A DNA stretch of 15,503 nucleotides from Promethearchaeota archaeon Loki_b32. Its GTDB lineage: Archaea; Asgardarchaeota; Lokiarchaeia; Sigyniarchaeales; SOKP01. Both the position numbers and the translations under genes were made by a program. The stretch spans positions 1 to 15,503 of the forward strand of contig NJBH01000058.1 in NCBI GenBank assembly GCA_005223125.1, read 5' to 3'. The notes beneath the pieces were generated by a model. That model was not told the origin of the DNA and searched no databases. It was given only the letters and a program-made list of their open reading frames with translations. Each line of letters starts with the position of its first letter. Within the stretch, counting starts at the first letter, position 1. This document shows, piece by piece, positions 8,306 to 15,503 of this stretch.

Positions 8306-10027
8306 TTAAGCTCCATTCATAATTTTAATTTTTGGAGTATAATGGTCACCAATTGCATAGTTATTGAAGTTAATGCTATAATGATTTCGCCAATGAGCTT
8401 TAACATCTTCAAGCATAGCTTCCATAACACTTTCTTTAACCTTTCCTTCTGCGCAAATCGTAGTTCCCATTGGAGTTGCAGTAATCTCACCGTCTTTTAC
8501 TACAATCTGCCCATCTTTGATTGTATAAGCAGCTAAGGAAAATGCTTTTTCTATTGAATGACCCTCCATTTTCTTAGGATTTATCTTATAAATAGCAATA
8601 TCTCCAATCGCACTTAAACCTAAATGACCTCTATCACTCATTCCCAAGCATTTAGCCGTTCCTGCCCTTGTTAGAATAGAAATTTCATTAAGTGTCAATT
8701 CACGGTCAATATCTTTTAACTGAGACTTTTCAGAGGCTTTCTTGGAACACTGATTTAAAAGAACATCATCCCTTGATTTTTTATCCATGAGCCAGCGAAT
8801 GATTTGAGGGTATGATGTAAAAGGACCTCCATTAGGATGATCTGTGGTCATATATACTTGCCATGGATTCTTAGTTAAAAGCATAAGCTCTAAACCTATT
8901 GCCCATTGAACAGCATTAACAGCTACCTTTGGATTAAAGAAGTAAGGTACAATTCCTGAACCAGATTCGCCTTCAACTTGACCATTTATCCATTTAATTC
9001 CAGGTTTTGCGCCCCATGCTGATGTACCTCCCAGGTGGTGAAGTGCGAACTCCCAAGGTCCGTCTGCGGTCATTGTTGTAGTAGCGGCTTTACCAAAGAC
9101 AACTTGACCAGCATCTATGGTTATATGTTTATGGGAATTTAAATATTCAACGATATCTGCTGCACCAGATTCAAAATCCCCCCAGTTAGTACCTCCATAA
9201 GCGTTAAATTGACAGTGAGTAAGATGAAATGATGAATCCCTTCCGCTTTTTGATTGAATTTTTTCCATAGTTTGAAATGTTTCAAGCGTATGCTCCTTAT
9301 TGCCAGGATGTCCTAAATTATTTGCGTGAACATGGATAGTATGAGGTAATTTTAGGATCTCATTAACTTTTGCCAAACTTTCAACAATTTCTCGAGGGGT
9401 TACTTCAAAATGAAAAACATGATCATCAAGGGAATTAACATTTTTTCCCCATGCCCAGTTTTCTACACCTCCAGGATTTACAATTTTCACAGCATAACCT
9501 TTTGTTGCTTTCAATATCCAAGCAATATATGCTGCCAATTTCTCAATATTTTTCTGTTTAACATATTCCATTACAAACCAATTATTACCAAATAAGGGAA
9601 AGGCTGCCTTGTCTATTATAGGAATATCCAAGAATTCTTCATGAGTGTGACGTGCTTTAAGAAGAGGCATAGCAGGTTCCACAACTGTAGTATATCCTAA
9701 CCTCGCATATCTATACCCAGTTACCCACGTAGATGGTACAGACCATCCTGTCCCACTTCTTGTTAATTTAGTTCTTTTTTCATTAAATTCTGAAAGTTTA
9801 TCCTCAGGTCTAAAAGCTCGCCCAAGATTAACTTTAGTTCCCGCAATGTGTGAATGTATATCAACGCCGCCTGGCATTATTATCATTCCAGAGGCATCGA
9901 TGACTTTAACATCCCCATTAACTTTTTCTACAACAACACCGTTTTTAATGTGGATTTCTTTCTTTTCACCATCAATTTTATTTAATGGGTCATATACTAA
10001 GCCGTTTTTTATTATTAAGTCATTCAT
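8306..10027 (-). CDS. fwdA: Formylmethanofuran dehydrogenase subunit A (amidohydrolase fold)
   Basis: MPGGVDIHSHIAG, ARHTHEEF, YAVKIVNPGG, LPHTIHVHANNLGHPGN, HLTHCQF, TTTMTADGP, QWAIGLEL and TTDHPNGGPFTSYP; 573 aa. Confidence 0.95.
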   Translation of the reverse strand: MNDLIIKNGLVYDPLNKIDGEKKEIHIKNGVVVEKVNGDVKVIDASGMIIMPGGVDIHSHIAGTKVNLGRAFRPEDKLSEFNEKRTKLTRSGTGWSVPSTWVTGYRYARLGYTTVVEPAMPLLKARHTHEEFLDIPIIDKAAFPLFGNNWFVMEYVKQKNIEKLAAYIAWILKATKGYAVKIVNPGGVENWAWGKNVNSLDDHVFHFEVTPREIVESLAKVNEILKLPHTIHVHANNLGHPGNKEHTLETFQTMEKIQSKSGRDSSFHLTHCQFNAYGGTNWGDFESGAADIVEYLNSHKHITIDAGQVVFGKAATTTMTADGPWEFALHHLGGTSAWGAKPGIKWINGQVEGESGSGIVPYFFNPKVAVNAVQWAIGLELMLLTKNPWQVYMTTDHPNGGPFTSYPQIIRWLMDKKSRDDVLLNQCSKKASEKSQLKDIDRELTLNEISILTRAGTAKCLGMSDRGHLGLSAIGDIAIYKINPKKMEGHSIEKAFSLAAYTIKDGQIVVKDGEITATPMGTTICAEGKVKESVMEAMLEDVKAHWRNHYSINFNNYAIGDHYTPKIKIMNGA

Positions 10028-10045
10028 TTTAATTTTCCTATGTTA

Positions 10046-10062
10046 TATCAATGAACTTGATA
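10046..10062. promoter_or_regulatory. Inverted repeat TATCAA-N5-TTGATA just upstream of fwdA (candidate operator)
   Basis: Perfect 6-bp arms about 19 bp upstream of the fwdA ATG, between the gene and an AT-rich TATA-like tract near 10075-10085. Confidence 0.35.
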
Positions 10063-10274
10063 CTTGTGTGTGATTAATATTATATGGAATAAATCCAATA
10101 TTTTAAAGAATCTATTATTTTTATAAAGATTTATTATAAATTTTAAGCATACTTATGTTATACTTATATAATTGAATTCTGCTACTTTTTTGTATATGTT
10201 TAAACTTAAATAAAAGTTCTTTTTTGATTATTGTAATTTATGGAACAATAATTATAAGGGGTTATAGTAGGAAG

Positions 10275-10294
10275 ATAACCACCCAAATGGTTAT
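10275..10294. promoter_or_regulatory. Inverted repeat ATAACCA-N6-TGGTTAT upstream of the response regulator
   Basis: Perfect 7-bp arms, with a third GGTTAT half-site at 10260-10265. Confidence 0.35.
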
Positions 10295-10317
10295 TATTAA
10301 CTGCTAGGTATTTTTTG

Positions 10318-10695
10318 ATGATTAAGATTTTAATCGTTGATGATGATCAATCACTTCAGAGATTATATGGATTAATATTAAAAGACGCTGGTTTTGAGAT
10401 AATAGGCACAGCAATCAACGGGAAGGATGCGATTGAAAAATACACTACTCTAGAAGGAAAGACTGATCTAATTTTAATGGATCATCGAATGCCGATAAAA
10501 AATGGACTAGATGCTATGGTTGAAATCTTGAAAATTAATAAAAAAGAGAAAATAATTTTTGCTAGTGCTGATATAAGCGTAAAACAAAAAGCAATATCTC
10601 TTGGCGCTGTTGCCTTTCTTGATAAACCCTTTAAAATGCAACAACTATTAATCACAATTCAGAAGATTGTTAAAGAATTAATAATAGAACACTAG
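10318..10695 (+). CDS. Single-domain response regulator receiver (CheY-like)
   Basis: KILIVDDD acidic pocket, DLILMDHRMP phosphoacceptor Asp, IIFASAD and FLDKPF conserved Lys-Pro; no output domain. Confidence 0.93.
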   Translation: MIKILIVDDDQSLQRLYGLILKDAGFEIIGTAINGKDAIEKYTTLEGKTDLILMDHRMPIKNGLDAMVEILKINKKEKIIFASADISVKQKAISLGAVAFLDKPFKMQQLLITIQKIVKELIIEH

Positions 10696-10762
10696 TTTTT
10701 TTAGAGAATTAATTAAGCTATTTTCTTTGTTTATGATAAAAAAAAAAAAGTTATTTTTTAAA

Positions 10763-11260
10763 TTAACTAGTGGCCCCACCTATTACTCCTAATACTCCTC
10801 CTCCAATTGCTAAAAAGAATCCTATCCATAGACCCCAATCCACTCCAGGCTCGCTCCCCCAGAAGAGGCTTTCACCTCCTAAGAGTAGAGCTATATCTTC
10901 GAAATCACCCAATTCAGCAAACAAAGCAATAGTAAGGATAATTGGCCCAGCTATCATAAGGACTCCGCCCAAAATTCCAATTATTTTATTCCCAGCTAAG
11001 CCACCGATTATAGCTAGAGCTCCTCCTGCAACAATTAACACACCCACAATCAACAAAAATATATCCTCAGCGTATTCAGGTCCATACGCAACACCCATAA
11101 GTTCCCCAGTACTAGATCCAAATCCCCCTAAAAAAATGCTAAGAACAGGAGCACCATCAAGTCTCCATAAACAAAAGATTTCGGGCAAAACAAAATATAA
11201 ACCTATAGTAAGAATTCCTAAAATACCACCAATTATGGCGATTATTTTACCTGCACCCAT
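10763..11260 (-). CDS. Gly-rich membrane protein of unknown function (paralog of 11423-11911)
   Basis: ATG 11260 preceded by a GTGA SD-like element. Starts MGAGKIIAIIGG, has about four transmembrane segments, ends GGGVLGVIGGATS. Confidence 0.85.
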   Translation of the reverse strand: MGAGKIIAIIGGILGILTIGLYFVLPEIFCLWRLDGAPVLSIFLGGFGSSTGELMGVAYGPEYAEDIFLLIVGVLIVAGGALAIIGGLAGNKIIGILGGVLMIAGPIILTIALFAELGDFEDIALLLGGESLFWGSEPGVDWGLWIGFFLAIGGGVLGVIGGATS

Positions 11261-11329
11261 ATTTATCACACTTTTTTTTAATACTATTTCGATTCTTAAT
11301 TTAAAAATTATTTAATATAAGATAGATTG

Positions 11330-11353
11330 AAGGTAATATATAAGATTTACCTT
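11330..11353. promoter_or_regulatory. Inverted repeat AAGGTAA-N10-TTACCTT centred between divergent paralogs
   Basis: Perfect 7-bp arms enclosing TATATAAGAT. Its centre (11341.5) equals the midpoint between the two ATGs (11260 and 11423). Confidence 0.5.
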
Positions 11354-11422
11354 TGGTTTTATTGGAATAAGTTATCTAATTTTTATATTAAAAGTAAAAA
11401 AAAATAAGAGAAGTGAAAATTT

Positions 11423-11911
11423 ATGGGAGTTGGAAAAGTTTTTGTTATTCTTGGTGCTCTATTAACCCTTGCATCAACGTTTTTCTTATCATTTTTTGCC
11501 GTTGGAGGAGATTTCTATGGCTCGGGAATAGGATTTGCTTTCAATATCGGTGACATAATGGCAAATCCGGGTGATTATGTTCTTGGAGAAACTATGACTG
11601 TGTATATAGTTGCAATTGTCTTTATCGTTTTCTTGGTTTCTGGAGTTTTACAATTGATTGGATTAGCAAGCCGGGCATTCGCAATTATTGGTTCGATTAT
11701 TGTTCTTGGTGTAGGTGTAACAATTTTATTAGCTATTCTTGATGTTTTCCCAGATATAACCCCTTACGCGAGTCTATTAGTTGGTGAGGCTATTGCACCT
11801 GATGTTTGGCCATTTGATGTAGCTTTAGGAGATGCTTCTTTAGGAGTATATACCCTATTAGCCGGAGGTGCTTTGGGCTTAATAGGTGGTATTCTCGGCA
11901 CATCAGATTAA
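11423..11911 (+). CDS. Gly-rich membrane protein of unknown function (paralog of 10763-11260)
   Basis: Starts MGVGKVFVILGA, has about four transmembrane segments, ends AGGALGLIGGILGTSD; GTGA element upstream. Confidence 0.85.
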   Translation: MGVGKVFVILGALLTLASTFFLSFFAVGGDFYGSGIGFAFNIGDIMANPGDYVLGETMTVYIVAIVFIVFLVSGVLQLIGLASRAFAIIGSIIVLGVGVTILLAILDVFPDITPYASLLVGEAIAPDVWPFDVALGDASLGVYTLLAGGALGLIGGILGTSD

Positions 11912-12079
11912 TAAATTAGAAGAATTTATTTATTTTTTTTATTATCTTTTTTTTCCCAGGTATCTTCCCTTTAATTTTTTGATTTAATAGGTTATTTATA
12001 TTCATTAAAATAAGTAGATTCTTATCATTTTGTTTAATTTCTTTATCAATCGAAATAAATTTTGTTTTTTTATTTTTAA

Positions 12080-12520
12080 TTAGCCCGAGAAGCTTTGTAT
12101 TATTAAATGACAATATTGAATATCATTGGTATCAACAGTAGAACTTACTAACATCGAAATATTATGAGTTCCAACCGACCATCCTTCACTAAAATAATTT
12201 AGCGAAACTGAATGAAAATAACTTGAATAATTTCCTGTGTAACCTCCAGCTCGAGCATTTGGATTACTTATAATAAGTCCATCGATGTAATAATATATTG
12301 TTACATCTGATCTACCTAAATTTCCATTTATTAAGGCTGTACATGTAAATGAGAGCAGAATTGATGCTTCAGTTGTTAAATCAATGCTTATAGACATGTT
12401 TGGAATTGGTAAATACGCACCATCTAAATCGAAAGTACCATCATAGTATCGATGCCAAATATTTTGTACGGTTAACTCATTAATTTCTGATTCAATAGCA
12501 TTTTGGTCATTCCAAACCAC
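12080..12520 (-). pseudogene. Beta-rich, probably extracellular protein, apparently 5'-truncated
   Basis: 146-codon frame with extracellular-like composition, including several N-X-S/T sequons (NMS, NYS, NIS). It has no signal or anchor helix, only a GTG start, and abuts a divergent gene fragment with no promoter space. Confidence 0.55.
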
Positions 12521-12712
12521 ACAGGAAATAATAGTTTAATCTGGGAGGGGCATTATGCAGGTATTGAGAGGGAGTATTATCAGATGGAAAAATTAACTAA
12601 TTTAGATCAGCTACCTCCCTATGGATTCAAAGTTAGCTGTTTTCCTATTAAAATTTTGAAAGCAAGTGCCGCCTGGGTAAGACCAGTAGCTATAATCGGG
12701 ATCAATGATTAA
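12521..12712 (+). pseudogene. C-terminal fragment of a cyclase / kynurenine formamidase (KynB-like) family protein
   Basis: TGNNSLIWEGHYAGIEREYYQMEKLTNLDQLPPYGFKVSCFPIKILKASAAWVRPVAI matches the C-terminal pattern of the cyclase family. The N-terminal HxGTHxDAP metal motif is absent. Confidence 0.8.
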
Positions 12713-12818
12713 TCTTTATTAATTGTTTTTTTTTTTATAATTGTTAGATTATATTCACAACAAGATTAATATGGTTATCAAATTGAAAGTTTAGTGAGTA
12801 AGCAAGAGTAGAATTCAA

Positions 12819-15104
12819 TTAAATAACCCAATAATAGGGTGTTTCTTCACCATTTTCTCCTTTAGCTGAAAAAATTCTGTTCAAATACTCTAAATTATAA
12901 TAAGCTTCTATTTCCTCTTCACTAAGTTGGTCAAAAAATCTCCAGCTAAACGGCGAATAGTAATCTTTAGGTAAAATTAATATAACTTCTGTATTATATA
13001 ACGATTTCAAATTTTTCAATATATTTGTACCATTGAAAATATGCAAAGATGGATGAACTAAATGGCTATCTACTGTTAAAAAGTAATGAACCAATTCTAA
13101 ATTAAGTTCTTTATTTTTATCTTCAAAAGGATAATCATAATATATAAAAATTGCATACCAACCAAATTCAGAAATGATAACCGTTTCGTTAGAAGTATAA
13201 TTTGAATACCATTGTATAGAATTCACTTCTCGTTCTTGTAAATTAAAAGTATCTATGTTAGTTGAATCATATAAATATGAGGTATAAATTGAAAAAATAA
13301 TAAGAGAAATCAAAAATATTTTGAATTTTCTCTTTTGGAAAGAGTTAGTTTTTAATAATTTATACAGGTAAGAAACAAATCCTATTACAATTATTATTGT
13401 AGTTATATAAAATACTCTTAAAAAGAAAGTGGTCATCCCGACAATCGCATCATATAAAAACATTAATAAAAACATCAAATCTACTGCTAGTCCCCATAAA
13501 AACAAAGGCTTACCTCTCGGTTTATATTGGAAAATTAAAAATCCCCATATCGCAAAGGAACTAATAATTAACATTTCTATAAAATAAATGACGTATGTAA
13601 TAGAAATATTAAAAACTGTTAGATTAAAAAGGGTAAAAACAATAGAGAGAATAATTATTAACCCAAAAATTAATGGAAATATAAATCTTTCTTCTATTTT
13701 TTTATAAACTCTTTTTTCCTTACCAGTTATTATTAATAAAAATGTTCCCCTAGAAAAATCCAATGATTTTCGATAACGTACTAGAATTAATGCTACAACA
13801 AAAATAAATGCTAAGGCTCCAAAAAGTAGATAATACCATGGGATAATCCTAAAAGGATCAAAAAACTTAAAATGACCTGTACTGATATTGAAAGAGTAAG
13901 AAATAATAAAAATACTGAAAAACAATATTAAAAGTAATAAATCAAAACCTCTTCGATAATTTTTTACAAAATATACTAAATAAACCCATAAATAAGAGAT
14001 TACTAAAATCATTGTTAGTAATGAATGAGTTAGAAAAGAGCTTATAAATATAAATATTAACAAAATGTATGAAAATAATATATTTGAGAAAATTTCTTCC
14101 TTTTTTGGGATTTGCTCTTTAATTAATCCTTGTAATCTCACATAAAGAATAAAAAATATAACTAATCCTTGTATTAAAACAATACTTGATGGCCAGAATT
14201 GAACCATCATAAACCAAGAAAATCCAAATGACGAAACTAATAAAAAGACTCCAAAAATAGCTAAGTCTTTATTTTTAAAAATCCTCATTAAAAGATTGTA
14301 TACTATTAATGATGACAAAGGAATAGTATAGAAACAAAAATATTTCGGTAGTAATATTAAATCCAATCCAGAAAAAAAGTGAATAACTGCTCCAAATATA
14401 TGGAATCCTAATGTGCCATAATACGCATTCATCGGAACATAATTGATTTCAGTTATGTATTTGACAATTGAAATATGTAGCCATGCGTCTGTTCCCGCAA
14501 AAATACTTGTATTAACAATATTTAATATACAAATTAATATGATAAAAAAGCTTAATAAAATAACATTTAGAGAGATATTTCTTTTAATAAAATTACTTAA
14601 AGAAAATTTCTCGTTGCTTATTTGTTTATAATCCAAACTTTTTACTTTTTTAAGAAAGAAACCTGTTCCTCGATAATAACCATGAAATATCACTATTAAG
14701 AGAATTGAAAAGTAAACTAAAACCAAAGTAAAGAAGAAATATTCAAATGATATTGGCAAATTAAAATATGAGCCAATATATCCGATTATAATATAAAATG
14801 ATAAATTAGATACGATTGTAATCCCTATTTTTTCTCGAAAATTTAAATCCATGTTCTTAATTAAAATAAAAAAAATGGGATAAGTAGGTAAGAATAATAT
14901 GGTAAAAATTGCACTTGATTTTAATAATAACTGAATAAGAAGAAATAGAACCAAGCTATTGGTCTCCAATACAATATTTTCAACATGAATCACTTTCAAA
15001 TACATGAACAAAATACAAAATAAAGAAATGAAAAAAGTAATTAACCTTATTCTGTATTTAATAAAGAAGAATATTGTTTTAAAATTGAACATAATTGTAT
15101 TCAT
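12819..15104 (-). CDS. Large polytopic membrane protein, putative GT-C-fold glycosyltransferase
   Basis: 761 aa with many hydrophobic helices. A loop GTDAWLHISIVKYITE...YYGTLGFH follows a transmembrane helix and resembles the acidic first external loop of GT-C enzymes. C-terminal soluble domain EREVNSIQWY...VIISEF. Confidence 0.65.
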   Translation of the reverse strand: MNTIMFNFKTIFFFIKYRIRLITFFISLFCILFMYLKVIHVENIVLETNSLVLFLLIQLLLKSSAIFTILFLPTYPIFFILIKNMDLNFREKIGITIVSNLSFYIIIGYIGSYFNLPISFEYFFFTLVLVYFSILLIVIFHGYYRGTGFFLKKVKSLDYKQISNEKFSLSNFIKRNISLNVILLSFFIILICILNIVNTSIFAGTDAWLHISIVKYITEINYVPMNAYYGTLGFHIFGAVIHFFSGLDLILLPKYFCFYTIPLSSLIVYNLLMRIFKNKDLAIFGVFLLVSSFGFSWFMMVQFWPSSIVLIQGLVIFFILYVRLQGLIKEQIPKKEEIFSNILFSYILLIFIFISSFLTHSLLTMILVISYLWVYLVYFVKNYRRGFDLLLLILFFSIFIISYSFNISTGHFKFFDPFRIIPWYYLLFGALAFIFVVALILVRYRKSLDFSRGTFLLIITGKEKRVYKKIEERFIFPLIFGLIIILSIVFTLFNLTVFNISITYVIYFIEMLIISSFAIWGFLIFQYKPRGKPLFLWGLAVDLMFLLMFLYDAIVGMTTFFLRVFYITTIIIVIGFVSYLYKLLKTNSFQKRKFKIFLISLIIFSIYTSYLYDSTNIDTFNLQEREVNSIQWYSNYTSNETVIISEFGWYAIFIYYDYPFEDKNKELNLELVHYFLTVDSHLVHPSLHIFNGTNILKNLKSLYNTEVILILPKDYYSPFSWRFFDQLSEEEIEAYYNLEYLNRIFSAKGENGEETPYYWVI

Positions 15105-15503
15105 CTATTATTTACTTTTAAAATATATAAAATTAGTTATTGATGAGAAAGTTAATGTTTTTATTATCCCTTTCAATATTTCTTCTGATTTGTCTTTTGG
15201 AAATGGTAAATCTGATCTAACCTTATTAATAGTTCATTAACATTACTATAAACTAATTATTTTTTTCAAAATTAGCAAATTATCAGTTAATATAAGTAGA
15301 AACTGATTATAGTGTTTCCTTTATTGTAATTTAAATATTTCTTAAAATAATTTTTAATTAAAAACATATTTTCTATTGAGAGTATTTTTAAATCTATAAA
15401 TTAATCTCATTTTTAAAGATTTTAAATCTTACTCCGACTAAAATCGTGATTATCCCATTCTTAAAAATGTCGGATTTCGCGAATATTCCGGTAAAAGGAT
15501 CTG

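Noticed and set aside
8342-10073. Plus-strand ORFs 8342-8536, 9410-9595 and 9846-10073
   Set aside because: Antisense to well-supported fwdA.
10770-11315. 181-aa Pro-rich plus-strand ORF
   Set aside because: Mirror frame of the Gly-rich membrane gene (Gly codons read as Pro on the opposite strand).
11916-12113. 65-aa K/N/I-rich minus-strand ORF
   Set aside because: Translation of T-rich spacer between convergent genes.
12708-12770. ATTAATCTT...AAGATTAAT inverted repeat around a T-run
   Set aside because: Compatible with an ordinary terminator region between convergent genes; too AT-rich to call an RNA element.
14443-15240. Plus-strand ORFs 14443-14631 and 15004-15240
   Set aside because: Antisense to the 761-aa membrane protein gene.
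15394-15503. Possible 3' end of a minus-strand gene at the right edge
   Set aside because: Too short, and several frames are open to the edge, so it cannot be assigned without flanking sequence.
1-15503. CRISPR array, rRNA or insertion sequence
   Set aside because: No regularly spaced repeats, rRNA-like sequence or transposase motifs seen.

Overview
Very AT-rich archaeal chromosomal window. Gene content and style (fwdA, a multi-PAS sensor, a tRNA with bulge-helix-bulge (BHB) introns, Gly-rich small membrane proteins) suggest an Asgard/Lokiarchaeia-like genome; this is an inference. Left to right: a large multi-PAS sensor running off the left edge (absent from the ORF track), a PP-loop ThiI/MnmA-like tRNA-modifying enzyme, a GNAT, a tRNA-Cys(GCA) with two introns (37/38 and 59/60), an orphan LuxE-like acyl-protein synthetase, an ICMT/PEMT-family methyltransferase, a small membrane protein, an MNT-HEPN toxin-antitoxin pair whose toxin has an in-frame TGA, a stand-alone fwdA, a single-domain response regulator, two head-to-head paralogous membrane-protein genes around an exactly centred inverted repeat, a sharp junction joining two 5'-truncated divergent genes, and a large GT-C-like membrane protein. 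The best-supported unusual feature is the dual-intron tRNA-Cys. All family assignments come from motif recognition; no database search was run.
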